Positions 39,628 through 52,403 of a stretch of DNA of 64,000 nt are shown here, piece after piece. The stretch covers positions 124,001 through 188,000 of the forward strand of contig JAUFOQ010000017.1 in the NCBI GenBank assembly GCA_040285855.1, read 5' to 3'. A program made the position numbers and the translations under genes. Numbering within the stretch: the first letter of the stretch is position 1; each line of letters begins with the position of its first letter. Below the pieces are notes generated by a model. That model had not been told where the DNA came from. It made no database searches and saw only the letters and a list, made by a program, of their open reading frames with translations. The DNA is from Eukaryota sp. GEM-RC1. Lineage: Eukaryota.

Positions 39628-42600
39628 ATAATTATTATTGGGAATTGATCTAATGAAACAGTTAGGACTACTGACCGAAGACGGACCAGTCATCCGGATT
39701 GACAAGGCCATCCTGGCCACCGTGAACGATGAGTCTGAGTTCGACTCACGCATCATACAACCTCTTTATAGCCATTCTATTGATAACATTGTAGACTTTA
39801 ATACACATGTATTCGATTCAGGTTGCACAATCAAACTAGATGATGATAACAGAGCTAAGAGCTTATTGAGCCTGCTTCAGGAGTTTTATTTTCAACAGCT
39901 CCTCACAAAGACGGCATCGATTGTCCTCCCATGGCGATCGACTTCTACAATGAAGAGTCCACTGTGAGACGGAAACTTCGACGGCTCAATCCAATGAAAC
40001 AGAGGATTGCCGAAGAGATTTTCGATGAACTTGTCCGGCAGGACTTCGCTGAGTTAACAACTTCCAATGGACAGTTCAGTTCACCGGTAGTACTGGTGGT
40101 CTATCCCGATCAACGTAAGCCCCGCCTTACGGGAGACTTCAGTGGTTCCGATGGAATCAACGCATTGACCCGAGTTGTCGAACCGAATCTTTCAAAGATC
40201 ATCGACATCTTGAAATTTCTGAGTGAAGCTAACTTCATAGCGACCTTGGATCTTCCGAAAGCCTTCTGGCAATTGAACCTCGCAGAAAAGGACAGAGAAA
40301 AGACAACTCTGGTAATCCCTGGCAAAGCCATCCGATTTAAAAGAGCTTGTTTTGGATTCAAGAACGTCCCTGCGATATTTCAAAATTTGATGTATGAAAT
40401 ATTCGACCATGAGGGAATATTCATTTACATCGATGACATCATCATAGTAGGCCGTACATTCGAAGAATTTATGAGCCGAATACGATTCGTTCTGACTAAA
40501 GCATTAACACGTAGAGTCAACATTTGGCCTACCCAAATGCCACTTCGTGACAATGAAACATTTACTAAAGATCTTGGGTAGTAAGTTCGTTAACAATACA
40601 CACAATATTGACCCATCGCGTATCACAGCTCTCCTAGAGTTGCCCGTACCAACCACAATCAAAGAAGTTTGTAGCTTCTTGGGTTCGATAAACTACATAA
40701 AAGACTTTATCCCAGGTGCGTCAGACCTTCTGGCTCCAATCATCAACTTAGTCAAGAACAACGGTCGTTCAGTAAAATGGACCCCACTCCATCAATCTAA
40801 TTTTGAGACAATCAGAAATAAGATCATCAATCACATGCCCCTCAGTCTACCAGACAGGGATCAACGCGTGCTGATCAGTGAAGACGCCAGTGATATTGCC
40901 GTATGTGGTGTCATTTGGCAGGAAATACCTCCCAACGCACAAGATGGAACTCCTTTAAACAACAGGACAGTTATCCCACTAGCTTTCTACAGCAAACTCC
41001 TCACGGAATCTCAACAAAACTGGGCAACAATTCAGAAAGAGTTTGACGCTATTGTTCTGATCCTAACGGAATCACCCATGTCATCATTTCTCCTAAGCAG
41101 GGATCTAACCATCTTTACTTTAGGAGAAAAACAGAGTATTCAAGCGTTGGATACCTATCCTAAGCGAATTCCAATTCTCAGTGATCCACACCGTTGGAGC
41201 AGACAACTACTGGGCAGACATGTTATCTCGAAACATTGAAAACTCTCAACCCGAAAATATAAACCTAGTCACATCTTGCCCTGAGCCGATGGCCTATATC
41301 GTACTGATGACGATATGGAATATCAATCACTGACCACCGAGTGAATCAACATGATTAGTGAACCATTAATCAACAAGTCAAAAATCTTTGACATTTGGCT
41401 ATCCAAAGTACGCTCCACACAAGTAGAAGCCAAGAACAACAACGACGTATTGTTTCAGCATCCCACTGCTGTATACAATGAAGAGCTCCAGCTATTCCTA
41501 AATAGCCATGGTAAGATACTCATCCCTATGAGCCTCCGGACAACCACGATTAACCACATCCATGGTTTTCCTCACGCAGGCCACCCCAGCCTAAGAGTGA
41601 GCATTGATCGGCTAAACTCTAGTGACTATTTCTGGCCTAAGATTGCCAAAGATATGAAGAAACACTGCATGCAATGTCCAGCTTGTCAAAAGACAGCTCC
41701 CCTTGCTAAACTCAAAATCAAACCATCAGGTAACCTTTGGGCAGACAAACCATTTGCCAAAATGAATGCCGACACCATTGGACCTTTGCCGACAGACACC
41801 ACCGAGAACTGTCACCTCCTCGTATTCATAGACTCGTTTACCCACTATACAGTCTTATGTCCCTTGAAGGAGCTCAATGCTTAAGAAACCGATCATGCAT
41901 TAGTGTGTAATGTATGTGCCATCTTTGGTATACCTCACCTGATTCATGGCGATAATGGCAAGGAGTTTGCCAACCATGTCTTTAATGGCGTGTGTCAGGC
42001 TTTTGATATCGATACGGAGAAATCCATCCCCAGTTTTTCGCATAGCAACGGATTAGTGGAACGTCGCCACAGAGACATCCTGCAGTCATTAAGAAAGATG
42101 CTTATCGATTTTAATGATTACGACAACTGGTCCAAGTACACTCCAATCGTACAACTGTTAGTTAACACAACTAAGAGTAGAGTGACAGGCTTCACCCCAT
42201 CCCAACTCATATTTGGATCAGCCACCAGCCCTGGTAGCGATCCTAGCAAGATCCTAGTTTGTCTCTCACAGGAAAGCCAATCAGAAGATTCCTTCCTGGC
42301 AGATTATCAATTTAAAATTCAATGAATTTTGAAAAACCGGGAAGAGGTAGAGATCAATCAATCTTCCACTCAACCCGTGATAACTGCCGAACCAACCTCG
42401 TCGTCTCTGTACTCGAGTGGAGACTTGGTTCTTAAAGCTTACTCCAAAACTAAGAAGCTTCATGGTAAGCTCAAAGGTCCATTCCTGGTCCTCGACACGC
42501 CTACTGCAAGCTCTCTTACCTTACAGAACATTATCACTGGACACCAGTTCAAATCTAGTGTTCACCAATGTAAGAAATACCTTACTGACAAACCCTCGTC

Positions 42601-42895
42601 TGACGAGTTCCACACAGCTGTTGCCGCCTGTGACTCAGAGGAAATGGTTGTGATTAAGGTGCTGTCCCAATCCGATTCATCCTCAGCACCTGTGTGTTCA
42701 GTCGTCTGGTTTGATGGCGATACCACCGAGGTACCTTTGGATCAAATAAAGAATACAAAAGCCTATTCGGAGTTTATTAAATCTAATCCCTCCTATAAAC
42801 CATCTACTAAAAAGAAACGAATTGTTCAGGGTAGTACCAGCCGTGCCTCTCCACCTGCCAAGAGGACCAGGTCCTCGAGAAAGGGGAAAAAATAG

Positions 42896-42971
42896 TGTTA
42901 GTACTAGTACAGTACCCTTAAAAGAAATTTACTTTTACCTTTCCACATGTCCTTTAGATATTTAGACAACA
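42896..42971 (+). repeat. 3' LTR (76 bp)
   Basis: Direct repeat of 39552-39627; begins immediately after the pol TAG stop and the polypurine tract. Confidence 0.92.
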
Positions 42972-44150
42972 TTTAGAACAAAGGATATACTAACTTAATG
43001 TCCCACATCAACAAACATCGCAAAAACAATGACTCTGAAATGGCTGCTGCAAACGGTGATATTCCCATTACTACTTATGTACAACGAAATCCACCTGACA
43101 AAGCTCAGTGAGTGATCAAAAAACAGTTCAGTGCATCTTTATCATGTTGTGAAACAATACAAATTATTTTAATCATTGCAATTATTTATTTTTGTATTGC
43201 AAATACGGCAAACATTTATTCTACTGTACTAAAATACGGCAATTATTGATTTTGCTTTATTCAGAGTGCAATAATTTATTTAAATCATTTTTTAACAGCC
43301 CTGGTTCTAGGACACAATGATAAAATGAAGTTTCTCAAGTTTACAGCAACTATAGTTGTCCTATTAACACTAGCTTTAGGGAATCGTTTGATTTAACGGT
43401 GGTCGATCATTTATGAGATTAGCGAAGACCTTGTTTGACCAAAAATTAATGACGGGCAATATTTTGATGTTAATTTTGGTTCAATTGATTTACCTGGGTG
43501 TCATATTTGACGTTATTAATTTTCCATTCCAATGTTGGTGATCTTGTCATGAATATTCTTCCATTATACAATTTCAATGTAGAGTCGACGTGGTAAAGAT
43601 GCTCTTTGTATTCTCTCTGATTTTGAAAAGTTGAACGAACAAAAGAATGAAAAAAATTGGTTGCAAGTTTTCTTTGATTCTTATTGTCTTTACAATGTTT
43701 AAAACAATTCATGTTATGATTTCGAAAGGTTTATCAATTCCCAGTCTATTCTGTGAAGAAGAAGCTGATGTGAGTTTCAATGAGAATTAATGTTCCTTTA
43801 ATGTTATTGAGTTCTAGGTTTTGTTCTTATCTCACTGATTTTGTTCTACAGACATTCGAAAAAATACATACAAAAGAGAGATTAAAAGGACCCCAATTCA
43901 AGTATAGTAAAGGGTATGTTTGTACAGTTTTTAAGGTTGCTAGTATCGGGACCCTGATTATAAATACAATCAACATTGATTGTACTCAACCCCTAGTTTT
44001 GATCGATCAAAATGGAAACTGAATGAACTAATTAGACTATAAGTAAAACTATGTTTTAAGCAACGGAGTTTATCGTGGAGAATTTTGTGAGAAAAGCGGT
44101 AAATCAATGAAGATCACAGATGAAACAATTCAGTGGTAGATATAGCTAAT

Positions 44151-44635
44151 TTAGACGATGCAAGATGATGCCGAAGCGATTCTAGGCCATATTTCAGCAC
44201 ATTCTTTGGCAACGGGACCAGTAACAGCTGATCCTTTCATTTCACCTTTCTGGTTGACGATAACACCGGCATTATCTTCCATACTGATGAACACACCATT
44301 CTTACGTCTCCAAGTGGCACGTTGTCTTACAACGACGGCGGGAGTAGCTGACGATTAGATGTGAATATATGACAAACTCTTTTTTCTGAGTTCGGGCTTA
44401 CCCTTCTTGACGGTTCCTAAGAAAAGATTTCCGACACCAGCCTTTGGGAGTCTATTTAAACGGCCTTGGACACCGTTAACGGAGATAACATAGAGATTCT
44501 TGGCTCCAGAATTATCAGCACAGTTAATGAGAGCTCCGGCGTTAAGACCAAGAGTCATACGGAATTTGGATCCAGTGGCACCACCTCTAGCTGAGATGAA
44601 TGATCAGCAAGTGAGGACATACCACGCTTAGACAT
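44151..44635 (-). CDS. RPL23: 60S ribosomal protein L23 (uL14); two introns
   Basis: [99 protein letters not shown]; introns at 44591-44622 (32 nt) and 44348-44377 (30 nt). Confidence 0.98.
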
Positions 44636-45193
44636 TGGAAAAAAGGATCTTTCCACTTCCCTTCACATGCAGCATCTCATCAATTTCAAAACAACGATTC
44701 CCTAATCTTAGACTAATTCTTAAGTCTAATTCATCATGTTCTTCCGGCCTGTTTTCCAATACAATCTTAATTTCCCCCCTCAAGTTTTTTCCAAAGAAGT
44801 TACTTGAAACTCAGGAAAACACACTACGTAAAAGCAATTGTAGGAAAAGTTTACAGTACTTAAGGATATGTAGTGTTACTTCTTGGTCTTGATAGTGTAT
44901 GACCATGTAGAGTCATCCCATGGGAACAGGTGATTTGTCTATCCAGTCAACTTTACAGAACTTGTCTTTAAGTCGTTCAATAATGAAGTTTTAGATACAT
45001 GAGTCACTGAGGTCAATGATAATGGTATCCATGTTCTTAGACCAATCAAAGTAGTCTTGGTTACTTCAGTAGCTGTTGTTTTTTGTTTGTTTTTCGTCTA
45101 TGAGTGTTTTGTATATTTTTATACAAACAAAACCACACTTCACGATCTGGTATCGTCCAATGAACATTATAGCATTTTAAGACATTCCTGTAT

Positions 45194-47566
45194 ATGGTGA
45201 TAAATTTTGGTTTGCTCAAATGTCACCTTGTAGAGGTAGTAGAGATGTACACCACAGAAAATTCCTTGTCCAAAAATAACGTGTCTATGGATGCGGAGGA
45301 GAAGCTGCTTGTGCAACTATGCCCATGTGTCCACCCTCGTTGTATGTGTGAGGGGTCGTGTCCAGGAAATCTTCTCCTGGACGACTTCTGTCCTGCTTGT
45401 TCTCATCCTGTACATGAACACGGGAACATCAGGAATTTGACCACAGATCAACGGACACAATTAGTCAGGCACGCTTCTGCCCTTCGAAGGCTGAATATGT
45501 CAATACTTGACCAACCATTTGAATCACTGGTACAACGAACAGAACATATTTCGGCTATCCGCTCCATCCTCACCAGTACTGTTGCTGGTAGTGTTTTTAC
45601 AGATTTTCCCCTGCCACCCGACAAAGAACCGCCGTATGAACTGCCTACTTTATCTGAAGTCTTCCGTAACTTCCCTATCCTCTATCCGTCTTCGACTCCA
45701 GAGGTTACCCTATGTAACATATTTCGTGCCTTTTCCAGTCTCTTAAACGACTTTAAATTACCCCCAACTGTGTCTTCTGACGTTACTCAAGAAGAGTGGG
45801 ACAACATGTCTCGTCTTTGGATCAAATGGAAATACCAAGGCCACGCTCTCGTTGACTGCTTCGGTCCTCGTTTCTTCTGTGCATCCTTTACCGACATCCA
45901 GAAATACCTCAAACATCTCAATGGAAAGAACCAAACCTTAACCCACATCATCACTGTCTTTGACATTCTAGGTCAAGAACTCCGCTCTCTGTACTCTTCC
46001 CCTCTCATAGATCCTGATATTACAGATCCCAATCATCTACAACGTTTCTACCCATATTATCCTGTCCCTCTTGAGTTTTCTGTTCCAATGAAAACTCAAC
46101 CAACTAAGTCAAAAACGGTAAAGGAGGAGCCCAAAACAGAGGATTTAGATCAAACAGTGGTAGAAGTTCCGGAGAACCGCAAACGTCTAGCTTCATCAGT
46201 AAGTACAACCTGTACAGAATTGAAAAAGGTCAAAATTGAAGATGATGAGCCATCATGTACAATCAAAATTGATCCTCAACCTGAAGAGTTCCGCAATTAC
46301 ATTCCCAACTTGGTAGTTCCTACTCCTGAAACTCCAAGAGCGCCAATCAACCTCCAAAAGTCATTTAAAAGCAGAGATGAAAGAGCTAAAGAATTAGAAG
46401 ATTCTGGAAAGTTGTCGTTTAGATTGATTAAGAATGATGGATCTATGGAAATGCTGAAGCTATTAAATGAATATTCAAATATTATTTTTGAAATGCTTCC
46501 TAATATGCCAAAGGAGTATATCATTAGATTAGTTTTTGACTATTCCCACAGGGTGTTGCTAGTTGAACAAATGGAACCCGTCTCTGTTAATTCAAGTCTA
46601 CCTCCACAAAAGGTTTTGATTGGCGGAGTGTGTTTTAAACCACACGAACCTCAGGGACTGATTGAGATTGTTTTCCTTGCGATTACTGAGAGGATTCGAA
46701 AGACTGGGCATGGAACTCGGCTTATGAATCATATGAAGGATTGGGCAATCAAGGAATCCTTTCAATTTATTTTGACCTATGCTGACGACAGTGCAATTGG
46801 ATATTTTCAAAAGCAAGGATTCACTAAAAAGATTACAATGCCAAGAGATCGGTACGGAGGGTGGATTAAAGACTATAATGGTGCAACATTAATGGAATGT
46901 ATATTGTACAAGCAATATGATTGGCTGGCAATTCCGGAAATGTTACGTGCTCAGATCAAATACATCAATCAACGACTTGCTGACGATAACTTTCCTCAAC
47001 GGATACGTTTCCCTGTCACTCAATGTGTTAAAACTGATATCAAAGCCCTTCAACGTACTGACCGTGCCGTCTTTGGTGTTGGAAATACTAACAGACGGAA
47101 CTCTATCTTCTGCACCCCCGTATACCCCCACGTTGCTGAGATTCCTTGTCTACAAGGGACTGAGATTTCAGATGATCATAAGAACTTGAGCAGTAAGCTC
47201 ACTGCTGAAGAAGATGTGCTGTTCTTACACCAAAAACTTGAAGAGATTTATGAAGAACTTTCTAGATATAATGAAGAGCGCTGTGAACGAATCTTTAGTA
47301 TATCGGTACCAGATCATAACATCACACATTACTATGATTCTGTTAAAGACCCGGTAGATTTACGACTAATACGGGTTCGATTGGATAGCAAGAAGTACTA
47401 TCGGACTCCACACATATTCTGGGCAGATGTTGCAAGGATGTGTGAAAATGCTGCTAGTTTTAATGCAAAGACTGCATTTGGAAAGATTGCTGGTAATATG
47501 CTACAAAAGGCAAAAAGACTTGTACCGGACCGACTATCGTTTCTGGATTTTAAAATTGGTGAGTAG
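45194..47566 (+). CDS. GCN5: GCN5/PCAF histone acetyltransferase with PCAF-like N-terminal Zn domain, GNAT domain and bromodomain
   Basis: LPNMPKEYIIRLVFD, IGGVCF, IEIVFLAI, GHGTRLMNHMK, LTYADDSAIGYFQKQGF, IKDYNGATLMEC; bromodomain YYDSVKDPVDL...F.AD..RMCENA..FN. The real start may be ATG 45245 or 45287. Confidence 0.95.
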   Translation: MVINFGLLKCHLVEVVEMYTTENSLSKNNVSMDAEEKLLVQLCPCVHPRCMCEGSCPGNLLLDDFCPACSHPVHEHGNIRNLTTDQRTQLVRHASALRRLNMSILDQPFESLVQRTEHISAIRSILTSTVAGSVFTDFPLPPDKEPPYELPTLSEVFRNFPILYPSSTPEVTLCNIFRAFSSLLNDFKLPPTVSSDVTQEEWDNMSRLWIKWKYQGHALVDCFGPRFFCASFTDIQKYLKHLNGKNQTLTHIITVFDILGQELRSLYSSPLIDPDITDPNHLQRFYPYYPVPLEFSVPMKTQPTKSKTVKEEPKTEDLDQTVVEVPENRKRLASSVSTTCTELKKVKIEDDEPSCTIKIDPQPEEFRNYIPNLVVPTPETPRAPINLQKSFKSRDERAKELEDSGKLSFRLIKNDGSMEMLKLLNEYSNIIFEMLPNMPKEYIIRLVFDYSHRVLLVEQMEPVSVNSSLPPQKVLIGGVCFKPHEPQGLIEIVFLAITERIRKTGHGTRLMNHMKDWAIKESFQFILTYADDSAIGYFQKQGFTKKITMPRDRYGGWIKDYNGATLMECILYKQYDWLAIPEMLRAQIKYINQRLADDNFPQRIRFPVTQCVKTDIKALQRTDRAVFGVGNTNRRNSIFCTPVYPHVAEIPCLQGTEISDDHKNLSSKLTAEEDVLFLHQKLEEIYEELSRYNEERCERIFSISVPDHNITHYYDSVKDPVDLRLIRVRLDSKKYYRTPHIFWADVARMCENAASFNAKTAFGKIAGNMLQKAKRLVPDRLSFLDFKIGE

Positions 47567-47876
47567 ATATTTGAATTGAGTTTTATTATTATCCGTTTTA
47601 TATTTGCTATTTGCCATGATGTTTGGTCTGTTTATTAACAACAATAGTTAAAATAGTTAATTTATTATCAGATTGCCGAGATGGCGTGAAGAAAAATAAA
47701 CAGATCCTCATGATCGTTTTAAAACCGAACTTCTTAATCATTTAATCTTCTTTAAAGATACAGTATACGCAGAATCATCTATCCACTTACTAATACTAGT
47801 AAGTAAGTTTCATTTAAAGTGATGAGACGGTTAGAGTCAACTTTTAAACAAATCGTCAAAACAGAACGTGACAGTC

Positions 47877-50800
47877 TCAATCAAAAACAATAGTATCAAA
47901 AGAAAACGCTTCAGAACTTAAATCTACGGCAATACTTTGAGGTGTTCGAAGTCTGATTTCTTCAACAAAGGGTGACGTTTTTACTGGAGAATCAGTTTGA
48001 TAGAATTGAGGTCTATCAAAACGAGACTTCAGTTTATTTGACAACAACCCAACGTTCAACAAAGAACGGATAAGCAGAGACGCTGGAGGTACATAGTTTC
48101 TTGTATATCCTGGACCAGAACGAGTTGGTGATGAGAACGGTGTTTGTTTAATTGGTGAAAACTGGGCAGAGGAAATTTTAGATTGTGTTACTGCACTTGA
48201 GTGCTTTCGAAGGGTAATTACTCGGCCTGATTGGATTTCAGTAGGTGAGTGAGAATGACGAGCAACATGTTTATGTAAATATTTACAACAATTCAGACAC
48301 AAATTGACAATCTGGCCCTTTTCTTCAGTGCATTGATGACAGGTAATCGTAGCGGGAACTGTTGCATTTAATAACAAATGATGATAACACGGGTTGACGT
48401 TGGAGTTAAAAGAAGGAACAAAAGGAAGTGTAAGTGAGGCACTCATAACTGATTTTGAAATTTTGGTGAGAAACCATTTTTTATAACAACTTTGACACAG
48501 TAAGGGCTGTTGTTCCTGTCGGTGAGCAATATCAATCAATTCTGAAGCAAACTTTCCCAAACGGGGAGCTGTTTGACCTAAGGTAGCATTTAAAGAGGGA
48601 AGAAAAGCAGGGGAAACTATGGATCCAGTGGAAATACAATCAGAAGATAATTGACCGCAATCGTGACAGACGTGGTCTGATTTACTTTGATTGGTGTAGA
48701 AGTTGACTTTTCTTAAATTGGAAACCATTTGGATTCTTGTAAGTTTCAAATGTTTTAGAAAAATTAAAGAATACGTAAAGATAAACACAAGAATGAAGGC
48801 CACTGTACAAATAAAAGTTGCCAAATAAAGATGACGAAAAGAAGGTAAAAAATCGTAATTGATTGATGAGAAATCACAAATGACTGAGGGAAACGAATCT
48901 GAAGAAATAGAGATCAGTAGGTAATCAGATCTATGGTTGATGACAAAATGGTGGTCAACAATGCAAAACGATGGATTTTGTGAATACAATCTGAAATTGA
49001 ACAAGCTGCAATCAATATGAGAACTATCAGAGATCTTTGAGGTCAGTAGAATTTGTAAAATTCTGTTGATATTGTCAGTCTTAAAAGTGAGCAAATAGGT
49101 TACATCAACTTCAAACTCGGGAATCACTTTGATTGAGGGCACGTGTAGACTTGACCCTTGACCAGGTTTTAGTTGATAGTTGCCTTTGGATAACGGGAGA
49201 AAAACAAGTGTATAACAATTGTGTAGTGACGGTGAAAAGTTTGGGTGTTCTGCTCGGAGACAGAAATTTAAAATATTAGAGTTTTCAAACTCTGACACAT
49301 CGAAGGTAAATGATCGTTTAATGATTGTCCAATCACCTGTGTAATTTGAGGTTAAATCAACTCGATCATCAAGGTCAAAATCAACTTGAACTGACGATGA
49401 TAAGAAAATAGTTGAAGACTCCCGAACAAAAGAGGTGGGAGAAGCATTGGAAAAATTTAAATTAATTGATGTTTTTAATAATGGTAGAGAAGACTTAAAA
49501 ACAGGTGCTGAGACAAGATAATCAACTTTGCTCGCATTTGGAAATATAAAATATTTTGGGATATTATAAAAACACACCGCAGAGTAATTGGTAACGATAC
49601 CATAATTGTCAATCAATACAACGTCATCGAGCTCATCAAAGATTCTGGGACAGTCAAGTAAAGATGATCGATGTACAACGCCACAAAGCTCAGTTGCTGA
49701 ACAGAATATTTGAAATTTTCCATTTTCAACTGGTGTAAATGAGGTCAAAGAGGGTCGTTGAATCTTGGGCAAGAAGTCAAGAGAAGTCAAAGTCACAGTG
49801 CGAGTCTGGATTCCTTGAGATGGGAACAAAACAAATAAGGAAGCTGTAAACGTGGCAGGCTCATAAAGAACAGAACTAACAAGGTCGTAAAGATTGATTT
49901 CGTGATAGTTTCCGGAATTGTCATGAATGAATGTTTGATTAATCGACAAAAAGTAATCCGGTGAAGCGACAACCATGAAAAAGGTATAATCTGAGTCAAG
50001 AGAAGGAAGCGTAATCATTGACAATGGATTAAAGGGGGTCCTGAATTGAGCTCAACAATCACGTCATCAATCAAATCAGAAATGCACTGACCCGCACATA
50101 AAGAATATTTCGAATCGTGATTGCAATCAGAAAACAGTGCAGGGAAAGAAATTTTGTTGGTAAAAGGGTGATTGAAATGCAGGGAGAAATCTAAAATTTT
50201 TAAGTTAAGAAGCTGTATAAAAGAAAAATAATCCACTGGAACAAATTTTAAAATAGATTCAATTGTTGACGGAATTTGTAATTCCGATACAATTAAATCA
50301 TCAACAGCCACATAAAGCTCATCCTGATTTCGAAGTAAACTAAGAACAAACGTTGACTTCAGAAGACTTCTGTGGACTGGAAGAGACTCCTTTTCAAAAA
50401 TACCGTCCACTGTAATGACAAAGAGATCAGGATCAGTGGATTTAAATGACAGAAACAGTTGATCATTAACACTCAAGAGACGCCTATTGTCCGTAATCAT
50501 TCCTGCAAAGAGCTCAAAATCAATACGGAAACTTTCCTTTTCGATATTCATTGACATCACATAATTTAAGGAAAACTGACAGTTATTAACTCCGCCACCT
50601 CTAGTGATTGGTATAAAGGCAAACTCAGTTCCATAATCAGAAGAGCTCACACACTTATACTTGCCGTTATCAGCAGGTGGACTATAAAACCCAACCCCCA
50701 CATCAGTACAAATATTTAAAATATCATCCAAATATTCATCAATTCTCTCACAAATAGCGTTACATTCACTATCAAACACCACAGCTCCCTGAACTGTCTT

Positions 50801-52185
50801 TTCACAGGGAAACAAATCATCAGAATAAGGAGCTGTACTCCACCCAGAAGGTGTGGCTAAACACCTCCTTCCGTATCTAAAGAATCCTTTCTTTGTACAG
50901 AGGAAGGGACAATCATCAGTACCAGTAGTAGATGGACCAGTGTAGAGAGTATCAGAGGGAGCAGAAGTGCAGGGGAACAGTAAACAAGAGTTGTCTGGAG
51001 AGTAATGACCAGCTGGAATAGGAAAGAGGCGACCATCAGAACAGTATGAAGTCACTGGACACAAATCAGATTGACAATCACCTTCTAGAATGGATGACTC
51101 ATCAACAGACGATTGAAAATACATTTGGTTTGAGTGTAATTGCTGACGTGGTTCTAGGAAGACGTGATCAAAATTGATTGATTGAAGAGCGTGTGATGAT
51201 GATCCACTTCCTATTAAAAATAATTGATTGTCAATGACTTGGAAATCATTTGTTTTCAAAAAAACAGGTAACGATGTGTTAATAAAAGACAACGTACCAG
51301 TGACTGGTTGAAAATCAACTTGATCAAAATTAGAAATTTGGAATTTTTTTGGATATTGAGAAAAATTTAAAACACAACTGAATGATCTTGAAATCAAATC
51401 TCGGAAAAAAACTTCATCTGCAAAACAATAGAACCATCGATTGAAGTAATATCAGGACTGAAACCATCAATCAAATGTCGAAGATCAGAATACACGTCAC
51501 ATAAGCAACCACTATCACAATTCGACTCTATATAACTAATACTAGAACCAAGCTGATTCCATAATTCTAAAATAATAAACTCTTCAAAAGAAGGAATTGA
51601 ACTAACTAAATGAAGTAACTTTAAACCCAATACTCCCAAGAAAGAAGTTCCAGAGTCAAGGACCTCTGAGTGACAAGAAGAAAGGCTAAAAGAGTCTAAA
51701 GTTAAAGACAGAAGACAGGGAAAATCAAGTGCATGATGAAAGAGGAAAGAAGATATTTGAGAAGATAAAGGATGTGTTTGTAATAGAAGATACTCGTTGT
51801 TGACGTGATCTAGGTCAGAAGAGGGAAAGGTGTTGATATGATAAAATATAGAAGTTAAGTTGGCTATAGTAAGAAAGAGATCAGAAGAATCATAGAAGAA
51901 GTCCTGGACACTGGGGGATAGATGAGAGATACTTTTTAAACCCAAAGACGTACAGCAAGACGAAGAACCGAAAGGTTGAGCAAATGTGAAGATCGATGGG
52001 AGATGAAGTTGATCATGAAAACACAAACCACAATGATCAACAACTATTGGCCTGTTGGTATTTGATGTAGGCAAATGGAAAAATTGGGAAAGTTCAACAC
52101 TAAGGGAAACCAGATCGAACAAATCTGAAGAGATTACAGGATGGAGAAGGATGGACAATATCAAGATGTAAGGCAATGATAACAT
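47877..52185 (-). CDS. Large type I membrane protein: signal peptide, Cys-rich ectodomain, one TM helix, cytoplasmic B-box-like Zn finger (about 1,435 aa)
   Basis: ORFs 51394-52185, 50015-51397 and 47877-50024 each join by one missing base in a homopolymer; signal MLSLPYILILSILLHPVISS; repeats CP..SYC..PAGHYSP, C..GFF..C..PSGWS, C..VGVGFYSP; TM LYLATFICTVAFILVFIFTYSLIFL; CYHH..A.ITCHQC...LCLNCCKYLH..H.H. Confidence 0.75.
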
Positions 52186-52403
52186 TAAGAGTTGACATTA
52201 GTCCAGAGTGCAAATTTTGCAACCAGACCTACTATGTACTACTGTAGTACCATTGACTGTACTCATCAGCCCTTTTTCAGACACAGGCTACATCTATCAA
52301 TTTCTTCCTTCAAATTGTGCATAAATACTTGATCGGTGTCTACACAATGCAAACAAAATACTGCAGATGAAACCTTCTACTTCTACTAGGTTTTTTCTAA
52401 GGG

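Larger units (their letters stand above)
39552..42971 (+). mobile_element. Ty3/Gypsy LTR retrotransposon, gag-deleted and decayed
   Basis: 76-bp TG..CA LTRs; 4-bp TSD TTTA; polypurine tract GAGAAAGGGGAAAAAA before the 3' LTR; order protease tail (GIDLM), RT (LDLPKAFWQ, YIDDII), RNase H (DASD, KEF.AI), integrase (H-H-C-C, DTIGP, DNGKEF, VERRHR), chromo-like tail; several stops and frameshifts. Confidence 0.95.
39141..43303. mobile_element. Non-autonomous hAT element hosting the Gypsy insertion
   Basis: TIRs CAAGGCTGTGAAAAAAT / ATTTTTTAACAGCCCTG (15/17 match); 8-bp TSD GTTCTAGG (39133-39140, 43304-43311); subterminal CGGCAATTATTGATTTTGCT at both ends. Confidence 0.88.

Noticed and set aside
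43325..44022. Signal-peptide-like MKFLKFTATIVVLLTLALG followed by coding-like sequence
   Set aside because: Multiple stops follow immediately and there is no recognisable homology; at most a pseudogene.
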